A DNA stretch of 59,602 bases, the filler included, from Stramenopiles sp. TOSAG23-6 (taxonomy: Eukaryota), in the NCBI GenBank assembly GCA_900128565.1. It is 10 parts of 10 records of this genome, joined end to end, with 100 filler letters (N's around TTAATTAATTAA, not from the genome) between each part and the next. Parts side by side here need not be neighbours in the genome. Positions count along the whole stretch, not along the records: positions 11,983 to 17,861 come from LT636808.1; positions 17,962 to 23,840 come from LT636809.1; positions 23,941 to 29,818 come from LT636810.1; 7 more parts are not named here. The stretch is one strand, 5' to 3'. The position numbers and the translations under genes were made by a program. The notes beneath the pieces are model-generated. The model saw only the letters and a program-made list of their open reading frames with translations, did no database searches and was not told the DNA's origin. Below, piece after piece: positions 11,983-26,508 of this stretch (the first letter of the stretch is position 1; each line of letters starts with the position of its first letter).

Positions 11983-14900
11983 TATTTCAAAAAAAAAACT
12001 AAAATTTGTTAGGTACAAAATTTCGTACGAAAAAATATTCGATTTTTTGTTAAAAAAAAAAATAAAACATACATCATATTCACTATTTTCAGCAAGTTCT
12101 TGCATAATCATTGAAACTAACCATCGACCACATCGTAATGCACCTAATAATGATATTTCGGCGACATTATTCCACACCATACCAGTCTTCGCATTACCTG
12201 TACGTTTGTGCGACTCTAACCATAAAGCTAAAGAGCCATTGGAATCAATTTTGCGTTTTGATTTCTTTTTTTTACCATAATAGTCAGCTAATTGATCATA
12301 TGAAGAAACCGAATCAAATTTGAACCATTTCTGCCAGGTTGTGAATGTTGTCAAGACAATAAAACCTTGTAACCAACCAGTGTCTTTACAACGAACTAAA
12401 TAGCCATTAATTGGATCATCAGTATTTAAGCGATCAGCAATGTAGTCTACACAAAGAGGTTTCTCAAAATGCATGGCTCTAGGTTGTCGACGTAATTTAC
12501 GACGACGTGATGCTTCCGTACAAAGCTCTAACATTTCCGGTATGCATGGGAAGCATTGCTGTCGCGAGGTCACTCGAAGAAGAACTGAATTCTCCAACTT
12601 CGCGGTGCAATCTGGAACTTTGTAGAAGTTGTAAATTGCTTCTTTATTTCGATAACTTTTGTTAATAGGCATTTTCAAAGTTTCGTTATATATACATAAT
12701 GGGTAAGGTCCCACTTATAAATGGAATCGTAACAACATCCCCATTTTCTATAATGCAAGGATAAATATTTGGAATATTTTTCTGCCTCGATAGAATTTGC
12801 AACGACAATATTTTGGATACGATTCGCGGGAATTCGCGGGCTATAGATTCATATACAAATTTTCGTAGTTAAATTCTAATTTCTAATTTATTTGGATATG
12901 ACAGTTTTGTCCCAGGATTTCGTGGGGGAGTTTTTGCTGAATTTTTAACAGTCCAATCTTTCTCTCTACTACGTAATAAAGATACTAAGTTTCTGAGATA
13001 TCGTTGAATAAATAGATTANATCACACGCGATTACCTTAAGGTTGCGACTGTCAGATTGAATCAGTTGTGCGTGTAGAATGTCAAGATCTAATATTCTTT
13101 CCCCTCGAGCAAATAGCTTACTCAATACAAACAGAACTTCAAGTTTTAGAAGTTCGAATGTGAAACAAAAACCTCTCTCAGCAGTAGGAGGGAAACTTGT
13201 CGTAGCTACAATGTCTGTCGCTCTAGAACGTGCACACAAAGAAATGGCCTTAATGAAAGCACAACTTGAATCTCAAACACGAAAAGCAAATCGCTTGGAA
13301 GAAGAAGTCGAAGCGAATCCTAGCGTTGTCACAAGACTTCGAAAGCAACTGAGAGCCAAGACTGTCGAACTAAATGGACTCTCTCGAACTCTTAAATCAA
13401 CAGAACTAGAGGAAGCAGAGCGTCGGAATGAAATAATGAAATATTCATATCGTCTAAAGCAGACTAAAAAAAGTCTTGCTTCATTTGAAAAAAAAAGTCA
13501 AAGACTTGAATCTCAAAGAAGAAACTTAATTTCAAGAAATTTGCGAAGCATGCTAAAAGGCACCATAGTTCGATGTTTTGATGCTTGGAAACGCTGTACA
13601 GCAGAGAGTTCTCGTGAAGTGAAAATATTAAGAAAACTTCGTTCACGATTTTCCAAACATACTTGTGCTAGAGTATTCTATGCTCTACATCGAAAAGTAC
13701 TAAGGAGAAAAGAGTTATACGACTTGTTATATTATAGGCTATGTGAAGCTAAAACAGCTTGGGTCAGTACTGCATTTAGAAAATGGCATAAATTTGCTGA
13801 TACTGCCACTCGAATAATAAAATTAATAATTAGTAGAATTCGTTCAAAAGAGGAAATGTGGCTTGCAATGGGTTTTCGTACATGGTATTTACAATCTTCT
13901 GCGATTAAGTTTCATTTAGGAAAAGCTGAAAAACTTCGAAAACTTTTATTTGGTAAAATGGGCCGATCCGTAGCCGATCATTTAGGACTTGGTACAGGAA
14001 CTAGATTTAGACAATGGATTTCATATGTAAGTAGACGTAGGCGTGCAAGAAGACATTGTCAAAAATTTGTTAGAGCTTATTATCGCGAAAGTTATACATG
14101 GGCCTTTCGTAAAATAGAAAACAATTCTAGGGAAATCTCACATAAAAGAAAAAGGATGAAGAAATTAATAGTGAAATGGGAATATAAACATTTATGGAGA
14201 GGTTTTTCTGGTTGGCTTAATAAGTGTAGAGATATTATAAATAGAAGAGCGTTTGTATTAAAAGTGTTGAAACGAATGACAAGGTCAAAACTTTCAGTAG
14301 GATTTCATACTTGGAATAATCGAAGCATTGATGTAACTAGCCAAAAACAATTTCTTCGAAAAACAATATCACGTATTACACATTATAAAACAACTATAGG
14401 ATTTCAAACATGGTATAAATATGCAAAAGAAGTTGAACGATCTAAAACTCTATTCAAAAAGGTCATGGCTCGTATTGTTAAAAATAGAATGTCCATTGGA
14501 TACTATACTTGGAAACATCGTGTTGAAGAATTTAAATATACAAAAAAAATGTTAACTAGGATTGTTACAAGAATAGTAAAATTAAGATTAGGCAAAGGAT
14601 TCTACACGTTTCGCAGTAATGGGGAAGATGCTTTAAAAAAACGTGGAATATTGAAACGTGTAATGTCTCGTTTTACAAAATCTCATACTTTCAAAGTATT
14701 TTATACCTGGAAGAGTCATGCAAAAGATAAACAAAAACGAGAAAAACTGATAAAGCAAATAGTCGGACGTTTGACAAAGGTAAAGACATTTAAAGGGTTC
14801 TCAACGTGGAAACGTAATTTAGAAGATATCAAAAATCAGAAAAAACTTATTCGTAGAATCGTGGCAAGAATAACAAAGTCTAAAATCTCTAAAGGATTTT

Positions 14901-17861
14901 TTACATGGAATGATCGTATTGATCAAATTGTACAACAACAATTTGTTCTCGCTAGATTCTTTACACGAATGTGTAATGTTAAACTTTCCAAGGGTTTTAA
15001 ATCATGGAATCATAATGCAGCAGAGGTACATCGTAAAAGAAAAAAATTAAAGAATATTGCAATGCGTATGACGAATGGACGATTATGTCGTATATTCTAT
15101 TGTTGGCAAACTAATGTACGTACAATTGTAGAGACAAAAATATTTTTGAAACGTATTCTCGGAAGAATGGCAAATGCACGGCTCTCAGTTACATTCAATA
15201 CATGGAAGAGTAACTTGGATGAAATGTGTAGTCAAAGGAAATTTCTTCGAATTTTAATTGCGCGTATTTGTCTATCTCGATTACATCTAGGATTTAATTC
15301 ATGGAATAACAATTTAATAGAAATGCATCGTGCCCGATTGAAGTTGAAAAATATACTTATACGTATGTCGAATGCAAAGTTATCTAGCGCATACCACACA
15401 TGGAAAACAAATGCTCGTCGAATAGCAAATATTTCAGCAATAATGCAGCGGACAGTAATACGTTTAAAGCAAGCTACTTACTCCAAGGGCTTTTATAACT
15501 GGCGTACTAATGCGGAGGAGAAGTATTTTACACAACAATCCTTATTGGGATTTTTATCTCGCATGTCACAATCTAAATTAAGAAGAGGATTTAATACTTG
15601 GAGTAGTAATGCAGCTGAAATGAGTAAGAGAATAAAATTAGTTCAACGTATTCTATCGCGTATGTCAAACAGACTGATAGCTAGAGGCTTTTCAGGATGG
15701 CGAAGATATAATTATTATGGTCGTCAAATATACAAAGCTTTGCTTTCTATTTCTAGCAAGTGGAGACAAAATAATCTATTATCAGCATGGGGTAAGTGGC
15801 ATAACTTTGCGATTCGTGTACACAATCGTTTACGTAGTATAATGACACGATGGTTTATTGCATTAAAAACAGATGCACTTCGAAGAGGATTTAGAATATG
15901 GGATAGTTATGTAAAGAATCAAGTATGTCGAGGTCGTTTGTTACATCGTTTATTAGATAGATCATTTAGATTCTATCTTCGAAAGACGATGTTTTTATGG
16001 AGAGAATCAATAGATGAAATGGAAAATAGAACAAAGAAATTACAAGCAAAGATTAGATGTATTCTCAATGATATTCTAGTGAGAACATTTGGTGGATGGA
16101 AACGATTTCGTATAGAAAGATTACGCGCAAGAGATATTACACGCAGGTATGTAACAAATTGGTGTCGATCACGACTTATAATTTCAATGGAAAAGTGGCT
16201 AAGTGTTGTACACCATACCCAAATTTTGGAAATGAATAAAGAAGAAAAGCGCAAAAACGCAATGCTACAGCATGTTTTTNCTAATCACTATAAAATGAGA
16301 TGCGAACGGTATACTTTACTACTTTGGCGCCGAGGTGCACGTACGCGTCGTGATAAAAGACGTGGGTTATTCATGATGGATTATACAATGACGAAACATT
16401 TGATTTCTCATAGTTTTCATTTCTGGCAGGCAAGCTGTGTTGGAAGAATTCGAACTGCACGTTTGTTCAAAGGATGTGTAAAAAGATGGAGATTAAGAAT
16501 GATGCGTTTTGCATGGCATATTCTTGTAGATCATGCAATTAAGAAGAAATCTGTCCAATTTCATTGCAAGTTAATCATGAACCGCTGGAAAAGTAAGAAC
16601 AAGGCAGCAGCAATGCGTAAATGGATACATTGTGCAAATACAGCATTGTATGCTGAACAATTAAAAACCAGACGGGAAGAAGTCACTCGGCGTTTGTTTC
16701 GTAATATGGTATACAGATGGAAGCATCAACATAAAACATCTGCAATTAATCAATGGAAAGCAGTTGTCAATAGTCAACGTCAGCGTGAGCGTGAAGCAGA
16801 ACAAGTAAGAAGAAAATTCCAAGCCATGGCAATGCGTTGGAAACATCAATATAAAGCAACAGCAATGCGAAAATGGCATTTAGTAGTACAAGCAGAACAT
16901 GATGAAGAACACAAAGCAGGTAAAACAAAACGAGCATTCCTTTCCATGTTGTGCCGATGGAAAAATCGCCATAAGGCTAGTGCAATTCGTCAATGGAAAG
17001 GTTTCATTGATGATGTACATAATGCTGAGACACGCGCAGATACAATCAAGCGTACCTTTAGAAATATGGTTGGTCGTTGGAAACATAAACTCAAAGCTTG
17101 TGGTATACGCAAATGGATTGCATGTGTCGATGAAGAACGGAAATTAGAAAAGGAGCAAAAACACCATTCAGATAAAGTGCGTCATATAATGTCTAGTATG
17201 GCCATCCGATGGAAAAATCGTCACAAAATCGCTGCAATGCGTAAATGGACTGCAGTTAAATTACTAATGGAGAGAGCAACTCGGGTGATGCACTCTTTAA
17301 TGTGTCGATGGAAACATCAACACGAAGCAGTAGGAATGAGGAAATGGATAATATTCATTAGAGATATTCACAAAGCAGAAGAGAAAAAAGCACGCGAAGA
17401 AGAACTTCGATTAGAGCATGCTAGTGCGACAAAGAGAACATTGCATTCTTTAGTATGTCGATGGAAACGTCGAAATGAAGCTAATGGTATGCGTGCGTGG
17501 AAGGAGAGTGTGAATGCACAGCAGAAAGAAGAAGAAGAAGCTGCTCGACATAAGGAAACTGCAAAACGTGTATTACATTCAATGATGTGTCGTTGGAAAC
17601 ATCAGCATGAAGCAAATGCAATGCGTGCGTGGAAGGAAGTTGTGAATGTACAGCGGAAAATAGAAGAAGAAATCGCCCGGCACAGGGAAACTGCCAAACG
17701 TGTATTGCATTCAATGATGTGCCGCTGGAGACATCAGCATGAAGCTAATGCTATGAGTTCATGGAAAGAACTTATAAATGTGTTGCGTTTAGAAGAACAA
17801 CGCAGCGCAAATGAATTAAGTTTAGAAGAACAACGTAAAGCTTCAGCGAAACGTGTATTAC
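11983..17861 (+). repeat. Redundant copy of contig 1 (1-5879)
   Basis: Same ORFs and the same ambiguous N positions at offset 11982. Confidence 0.95.
13079..17861 (+). CDS. Sfi1-like repeat protein (redundant copy)
   Basis: Translation identical to 1097-5879. Confidence 0.7.
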
Positions 17862-17961
17862 NNNNNNNNNNNNNNNNNNNNNNNNNNNNNNNNNNNNNNN
17901 NNNNNTTAATTAATTAANNNNNNNNNNNNNNNNNNNNNNNNNNNNNNNNNNNNNNNNNNNN

Positions 17962-20900
17962 TATTTCAAAAAAAAAACTAAAATTTGTTAGGTACAAAAT
18001 TTCGTACGAAAAAATATTCGATTTTTTGTTAAAAAAAAAAATAAAACATACATCATATTCACTATTTTCAGCAAGTTCTTGCATAATCATTGAAACTAAC
18101 CATCGACCACATCGTAATGCACCTAATAATGATATTTCGGCGACATTATTCCACACCATACCAGTCTTCGCATTACCTGTACGTTTGTGCGACTCTAACC
18201 ATAAAGCTAAAGAGCCATTGGAATCAATTTTGCGTTTTGATTTCTTTTTTTTACCATAATAGTCAGCTAATTGATCATATGAAGAAACCGAATCAAATTT
18301 GAACCATTTCTGCCAGGTTGTGAATGTTGTCAAGACAATAAAACCTTGTAACCAACCAGTGTCTTTACAACGAACTAAATAGCCATTAATTGGATCATCA
18401 GTATTTAAGCGATCAGCAATGTAGTCTACACAAAGAGGTTTCTCAAAATGCATGGCTCTAGGTTGTCGACGTAATTTACGACGACGTGATGCTTCCGTAC
18501 AAAGCTCTAACATTTCCGGTATGCATGGGAAGCATTGCTGTCGCGAGGTCACTCGAAGAAGAACTGAATTCTCCAACTTCGCGGTGCAATCTGGAACTTT
18601 GTAGAAGTTGTAAATTGCTTCTTTATTTCGATAACTTTTGTTAATAGGCATTTTCAAAGTTTCGTTATATATACATAATGGGTAAGGTCCCACTTATAAA
18701 TGGAATCGTAACAACATCCCCATTTTCTATAATGCAAGGATAAATATTTGGAATATTTTTCTGCCTCGATAGAATTTGCAACGACAATATTTTGGATACG
18801 ATTCGCGGGAATTCGCGGGCTATAGATTCATATACAAATTTTCGTAGTTAAATTCTAATTTCTAATTTATTTGGATATGACAGTTTTGTCCCAGGATTTC
18901 GTGGGGGAGTTTTTGCTGAATTTTTAACAGTCCAATCTTTCTCTCTACTACGTAATAAAGATACTAAGTTTCTGAGATATCGTTGAATAAATAGATTANA
19001 TCACACGCGATTACCTTAAGGTTGCGACTGTCAGATTGAATCAGTTGTGCGTGTAGAATGTCAAGATCTAATATTCTTTCCCCTCGAGCAAATAGCTTAC
19101 TCAATACAAACAGAACTTCAAGTTTTAGAAGTTCGAATGTGAAACAAAAACCTCTCTCAGCAGTAGGAGGGAAACTTGTCGTAGCTACAATGTCTGTCGC
19201 TCTAGAACGTGCACACAAAGAAATGGCCTTAATGAAAGCACAACTTGAATCTCAAACACGAAAAGCAAATCGCTTGGAAGAAGAAGTCGAAGCGAATCCT
19301 AGCGTTGTCACAAGACTTCGAAAGCAACTGAGAGCCAAGACTGTCGAACTAAATGGACTCTCTCGAACTCTTAAATCAACAGAACTAGAGGAAGCAGAGC
19401 GTCGGAATGAAATAATGAAATATTCATATCGTCTAAAGCAGACTAAAAAAAGTCTTGCTTCATTTGAAAAAAAAAGTCAAAGACTTGAATCTCAAAGAAG
19501 AAACTTAATTTCAAGAAATTTGCGAAGCATGCTAAAAGGCACCATAGTTCGATGTTTTGATGCTTGGAAACGCTGTACAGCAGAGAGTTCTCGTGAAGTG
19601 AAAATATTAAGAAAACTTCGTTCACGATTTTCCAAACATACTTGTGCTAGAGTATTCTATGCTCTACATCGAAAAGTACTAAGGAGAAAAGAGTTATACG
19701 ACTTGTTATATTATAGGCTATGTGAAGCTAAAACAGCTTGGGTCAGTACTGCATTTAGAAAATGGCATAAATTTGCTGATACTGCCACTCGAATAATAAA
19801 ATTAATAATTAGTAGAATTCGTTCAAAAGAGGAAATGTGGCTTGCAATGGGTTTTCGTACATGGTATTTACAATCTTCTGCGATTAAGTTTCATTTAGGA
19901 AAAGCTGAAAAACTTCGAAAACTTTTATTTGGTAAAATGGGCCGATCCGTAGCCGATCATTTAGGACTTGGTACAGGAACTAGATTTAGACAATGGATTT
20001 CATATGTAAGTAGACGTAGGCGTGCAAGAAGACATTGTCAAAAATTTGTTAGAGCTTATTATCGCGAAAGTTATACATGGGCCTTTCGTAAAATAGAAAA
20101 CAATTCTAGGGAAATCTCACATAAAAGAAAAAGGATGAAGAAATTAATAGTGAAATGGGAATATAAACATTTATGGAGAGGTTTTTCTGGTTGGCTTAAT
20201 AAGTGTAGAGATATTATAAATAGAAGAGCGTTTGTATTAAAAGTGTTGAAACGAATGACAAGGTCAAAACTTTCAGTAGGATTTCATACTTGGAATAATC
20301 GAAGCATTGATGTAACTAGCCAAAAACAATTTCTTCGAAAAACAATATCACGTATTACACATTATAAAACAACTATAGGATTTCAAACATGGTATAAATA
20401 TGCAAAAGAAGTTGAACGATCTAAAACTCTATTCAAAAAGGTCATGGCTCGTATTGTTAAAAATAGAATGTCCATTGGATACTATACTTGGAAACATCGT
20501 GTTGAAGAATTTAAATATACAAAAAAAATGTTAACTAGGATTGTTACAAGAATAGTAAAATTAAGATTAGGCAAAGGATTCTACACGTTTCGCAGTAATG
20601 GGGAAGATGCTTTAAAAAAACGTGGAATATTGAAACGTGTAATGTCTCGTTTTACAAAATCTCATACTTTCAAAGTATTTTATACCTGGAAGAGTCATGC
20701 AAAAGATAAACAAAAACGAGAAAAACTGATAAAGCAAATAGTCGGACGTTTGACAAAGGTAAAGACATTTAAAGGGTTCTCAACGTGGAAACGTAATTTA
20801 GAAGATATCAAAAATCAGAAAAAACTTATTCGTAGAATCGTGGCAAGAATAACAAAGTCTAAAATCTCTAAAGGATTTTTTACATGGAATGATCGTATTG

Positions 20901-23840
20901 ATCAAATTGTACAACAACAATTTGTTCTCGCTAGATTCTTTACACGAATGTGTAATGTTAAACTTTCCAAGGGTTTTAAATCATGGAATCATAATGCAGC
21001 AGAGGTACATCGTAAAAGAAAAAAATTAAAGAATATTGCAATGCGTATGACGAATGGACGATTATGTCGTATATTCTATTGTTGGCAAACTAATGTACGT
21101 ACAATTGTAGAGACAAAAATATTTTTGAAACGTATTCTCGGAAGAATGGCAAATGCACGGCTCTCAGTTACATTCAATACATGGAAGAGTAACTTGGATG
21201 AAATGTGTAGTCAAAGGAAATTTCTTCGAATTTTAATTGCGCGTATTTGTCTATCTCGATTACATCTAGGATTTAATTCATGGAATAACAATTTAATAGA
21301 AATGCATCGTGCCCGATTGAAGTTGAAAAATATACTTATACGTATGTCGAATGCAAAGTTATCTAGCGCATACCACACATGGAAAACAAATGCTCGTCGA
21401 ATAGCAAATATTTCAGCAATAATGCAGCGGACAGTAATACGTTTAAAGCAAGCTACTTACTCCAAGGGCTTTTATAACTGGCGTACTAATGCGGAGGAGA
21501 AGTATTTTACACAACAATCCTTATTGGGATTTTTATCTCGCATGTCACAATCTAAATTAAGAAGAGGATTTAATACTTGGAGTAGTAATGCAGCTGAAAT
21601 GAGTAAGAGAATAAAATTAGTTCAACGTATTCTATCGCGTATGTCAAACAGACTGATAGCTAGAGGCTTTTCAGGATGGCGAAGATATAATTATTATGGT
21701 CGTCAAATATACAAAGCTTTGCTTTCTATTTCTAGCAAGTGGAGACAAAATAATCTATTATCAGCATGGGGTAAGTGGCATAACTTTGCGATTCGTGTAC
21801 ACAATCGTTTACGTAGTATAATGACACGATGGTTTATTGCATTAAAAACAGATGCACTTCGAAGAGGATTTAGAATATGGGATAGTTATGTAAAGAATCA
21901 AGTATGTCGAGGTCGTTTGTTACATCGTTTATTAGATAGATCATTTAGATTCTATCTTCGAAAGACGATGTTTTTATGGAGAGAATCAATAGATGAAATG
22001 GAAAATAGAACAAAGAAATTACAAGCAAAGATTAGATGTATTCTCAATGATATTCTAGTGAGAACATTTGGTGGATGGAAACGATTTCGTATAGAAAGAT
22101 TACGCGCAAGAGATATTACACGCAGGTATGTAACAAATTGGTGTCGATCACGACTTATAATTTCAATGGAAAAGTGGCTAAGTGTTGTACACCATACCCA
22201 AATTTTGGAAATGAATAAAGAAGAAAAGCGCAAAAACGCAATGCTACAGCATGTTTTTNCTAATCACTATAAAATGAGATGCGAACGGTATACTTTACTA
22301 CTTTGGCGCCGAGGTGCACGTACGCGTCGTGATAAAAGACGTGGGTTATTCATGATGGATTATACAATGACGAAACATTTGATTTCTCATAGTTTTCATT
22401 TCTGGCAGGCAAGCTGTGTTGGAAGAATTCGAACTGCACGTTTGTTCAAAGGATGTGTAAAAAGATGGAGATTAAGAATGATGCGTTTTGCATGGCATAT
22501 TCTTGTAGATCATGCAATTAAGAAGAAATCTGTCCAATTTCATTGCAAGTTAATCATGAACCGCTGGAAAAGTAAGAACAAGGCAGCAGCAATGCGTAAA
22601 TGGATACATTGTGCAAATACAGCATTGTATGCTGAACAATTAAAAACCAGACGGGAAGAAGTCACTCGGCGTTTGTTTCGTAATATGGTATACAGATGGA
22701 AGCATCAACATAAAACATCTGCAATTAATCAATGGAAAGCAGTTGTCAATAGTCAACGTCAGCGTGAGCGTGAAGCAGAACAAGTAAGAAGAAAATTCCA
22801 AGCCATGGCAATGCGTTGGAAACATCAATATAAAGCAACAGCAATGCGAAAATGGCATTTAGTAGTACAAGCAGAACATGATGAAGAACACAAAGCAGGT
22901 AAAACAAAACGAGCATTCCTTTCCATGTTGTGCCGATGGAAAAATCGCCATAAGGCTAGTGCAATTCGTCAATGGAAAGGTTTCATTGATGATGTACATA
23001 ATGCTGAGACACGCGCAGATACAATCAAGCGTACCTTTAGAAATATGGTTGGTCGTTGGAAACATAAACTCAAAGCTTGTGGTATACGCAAATGGATTGC
23101 ATGTGTCGATGAAGAACGGAAATTAGAAAAGGAGCAAAAACACCATTCAGATAAAGTGCGTCATATAATGTCTAGTATGGCCATCCGATGGAAAAATCGT
23201 CACAAAATCGCTGCAATGCGTAAATGGACTGCAGTTAAATTACTAATGGAGAGAGCAACTCGGGTGATGCACTCTTTAATGTGTCGATGGAAACATCAAC
23301 ACGAAGCAGTAGGAATGAGGAAATGGATAATATTCATTAGAGATATTCACAAAGCAGAAGAGAAAAAAGCACGCGAAGAAGAACTTCGATTAGAGCATGC
23401 TAGTGCGACAAAGAGAACATTGCATTCTTTAGTATGTCGATGGAAACGTCGAAATGAAGCTAATGGTATGCGTGCGTGGAAGGAGAGTGTGAATGCACAG
23501 CAGAAAGAAGAAGAAGAAGCTGCTCGACATAAGGAAACTGCAAAACGTGTATTACATTCAATGATGTGTCGTTGGAAACATCAGCATGAAGCAAATGCAA
23601 TGCGTGCGTGGAAGGAAGTTGTGAATGTACAGCGGAAAATAGAAGAAGAAATCGCCCGGCACAGGGAAACTGCCAAACGTGTATTGCATTCAATGATGTG
23701 CCGCTGGAGACATCAGCATGAAGCTAATGCTATGAGTTCATGGAAAGAACTTATAAATGTGTTGCGTTTAGAAGAACAACGCAGCGCAAATGAATTAAGT
23801 TTAGAAGAACAACGTAAAGCTTCAGCGAAACGTGTATTAC
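17962..23840 (+). repeat. Second redundant copy of contig 1 (1-5879)
   Basis: Same ORFs and the same N positions at offset 17961. Confidence 0.95.
19058..23840 (+). CDS. Sfi1-like repeat protein (redundant copy)
   Basis: Translation identical to 1097-5879. Confidence 0.7.
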
Positions 23841-23940
23841 NNNNNNNNNNNNNNNNNNNNNNNNNNNNNNNNNNNNNNNNNNNNTTAATTAATTAANNNN
23901 NNNNNNNNNNNNNNNNNNNNNNNNNNNNNNNNNNNNNNNN

Positions 23941-24836
23941 TATAAAATGTTGTTGATTATATTGAGTAATGGTAGTAGTATCACATACAAAAATTTCAGT
24001 TTGGGAAATTCTGGTAGTCCAACAAGGCTTGTAATTTGATTATTGTCGAGAGGCCTATATTTGTAGTGATATAAAAACATTGTAATAATGAGTCATTGAA
24101 AAATATTGAATATAAAATGTTGTTGAGTATATTGAGTAATGGGAGTAGTATCACGAACATTGTTTTCAGTTGAGGAAGTAATGGTAGTCCAACAAAGCTT
24201 GTAAGTTGATTATTCTCGAGACTCCTATATTTGTAGTGATATAAAAACATTGTGATATTGAGTCATTGAAATTTTTTGAATATAAAACGTTGTAGATTAT
24301 ATTGAGTAATGGTAGTAGTATCACGTACAATTCTTCCAGTTGAGGAAATGCTGGCAGTCCAACAAGGCTTGTAATTTGATTATCGTTGAGACGCCTATAT
24401 TTATAGTGATATAAAAACATTATGATATTGAGTCATTGAAAAATATAGAATACAAAACATTGTTAATTATATTGAGTAATGGTAGTAGTATCACGTACAA
24501 TAGTGTCAGTTCAGGAAATGCTGGTAGTCCAACAAGGCTTTTAATTTGATTATTGTCGAGACGCCTATATTTGTAGTGATATAAAAACATTGTAATAATG
24601 AGTCATTGAAAAAGTTTGAATATAAAATGTTGTTGATTATATTGAGTAATGGTAGTAGTATCACGTACAATTCTTCCAGTTGAGGAAACAATGGTAGTCC
24701 AACAAGGCTTGTAATTCGATTATCGTAGAGTTCCCTATATTTATAGTGATATAAAAACATTGTGTTATTGAGTCATTGAAAAATATAGAGTATAAAATGT
24801 TGTTGATTATATTGAGTAAAATAATGTTTAACGTAC
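23941..24836 (-). repeat. 170-bp tandem array (66-nt LRR exon + about 104-nt canonical intron), more than 5 units
   Basis: The 170-nt period is directly visible; introns read GT(A/T)(C/T)GT...AAATATAG. Confidence 0.92.
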
Positions 24837-26125
24837 AGGCGTCGTATATGATTCAAACCTGACAAAAGTGCAACTTCGAGTATATCTGTGGAATTGAGAT
24901 AAACGAGAATGACTTCATCTCTTGATATGACTTCTACATTACAAAATTGTTGGTAATATAATTTTGTTCGCATAACCGTAAAATAAGCTCTCACTTGCTC
25001 AATGATTTTTGTAGATAAAGCAGCAACATCGTCGATTCCATCAATTTCACCAATAGCAGTTTCAAAATTATGAATATCGAGTAATGGTTCAAGATATTTT
25101 TGCAATGGAGCAGGCTCTCCTGGAACATACGGATCATCTGTTGCTTTTTCTGAAAACAATTTCAAGATTAGTTTTTTAGAAACATCGTCAAACGCATTGG
25201 AGTCTTGTAATTCATTACATACGCGAAACAATTGTTTTGAATCCAATTGCCATACAAGAAAGTTAAATAAGTCACCAGTTTGAAAAGTATGTGCAAACTC
25301 AATAATTTTTGCCTGCTCTGATAATTCAATCCGTGGAAATTCACGTTTTACTCTGTCAAGTACGTCTTGAGGTGTAGTTGATGGTTGTTGATGATCCACA
25401 CTTGCTTCAAGTTCTGGTTCTTCTAGTTGAAACTGCAATGATAGTGCATATCGCATACGTGCATATAGTGCAGAACATGGATTCTTGATAATGCGCTCAG
25501 CTACAAATAAAAAGTAATGATTCTTTTTGTCTTTGCCGAGTCTTTCAAGTACATATTCAGCTTTCTCTTTGTCTGTTGAGGTCCATAACCTTTCATATTT
25601 AGAGGCAGATGCGTCAAGCGAAAATATTTTACGAAATAACATGAGGTCAAATCCGTCAAAACCACCAGAATATTCAGTACATATATGAAATAAGTCTTCA
25701 ACATCGAGATCATTCGATGCGACAACGTCTGCAATGTTTTCCATCACTTCATGTAATCCTAGAAAATCAGCGCCTTTTAAAAGTGTCACCAACGGCGGTT
25801 TAGTCGTGTCAATCGCCTTTCGTGCTTCATCGATGTTTCCATTGTTTAGTTCATTCTGAATATAAAACAATTTTCGAATTACCTCAGTTGATACTTTTGG
25901 TAAAGGAATAGGTGAGCCATCTTTGACGTCTTCGAGCATTTCGGATATCGTTTGACTCTTTTTAGTTAATTCTGTAGATACTTTGATTGCGCTTCTTTCA
26001 CGAGAAAGTAGGATAATATTCACATCTCCGGTTAGTTCAGTGTCAACGTTGTGTGACATGTACAACTTGTGTACAGCATACATTACTATACAGATTTTAA
26101 TGATCATAATGATCCGTTGAAACAT
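23989..26125 (-). CDS. Protein with N-terminal hydrophobic segment, Skp1/POZ-like domain and C-terminal LRRs, one 22-aa LRR per 66-nt exon; 3'-truncated
   Basis: KSQTISEMLED...PIPLPKVSTEVIRK...LLKGADFL is Skp1-like. Exons 24837-26125, 24669-24734, 24499-24564, 24329-24394, 24159-24224 and 23989-24054 are separated by GT-AG introns. Confidence 0.8.
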
Positions 26126-26508
26126 ATTTTCTCTCTTGTCTTGTGCTGTTTTTTGGTTTTTTGGTTTAGAAAGTCTGGAACCGATGTATCGGTGGACGTC
26201 TGGATGGATCAAAATGTAAATAAATACACTTAAAAGTCCTTAAAGTTAAAAGTAGTGGACAAAATTAATACCTTTGTAATGGACTGACTCTCGATCTATA
26301 GATCACCGGGCTCTCGAGGCGAAAACAAAAAAAAATTGCGAATGGAACAAACCTGCACGAAGAAAAAAAAATTCAAATTTTTGATTTCAAATTTTGGTGG
26401 TTCCTTCTTTCACCATGTGTGTAGTAAAAACAGCAGTTGTGTTATTTATATTGAAAGAATACTTTTTTTTGTGGAACAAATTGATATTTCAAATCTTCAT
26501 TTTAAATC

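Noticed and set aside
1-23840. Triplication of the Sfi1-like locus as a gene amplification
   Set aside because: The copies are separate contigs that match down to the N positions and share the same start, which indicates assembly redundancy.
23941-24836. CRISPR-like array
   Set aside because: The units are LRR exons plus GT-AG introns, and the variable parts are homologous to one another.
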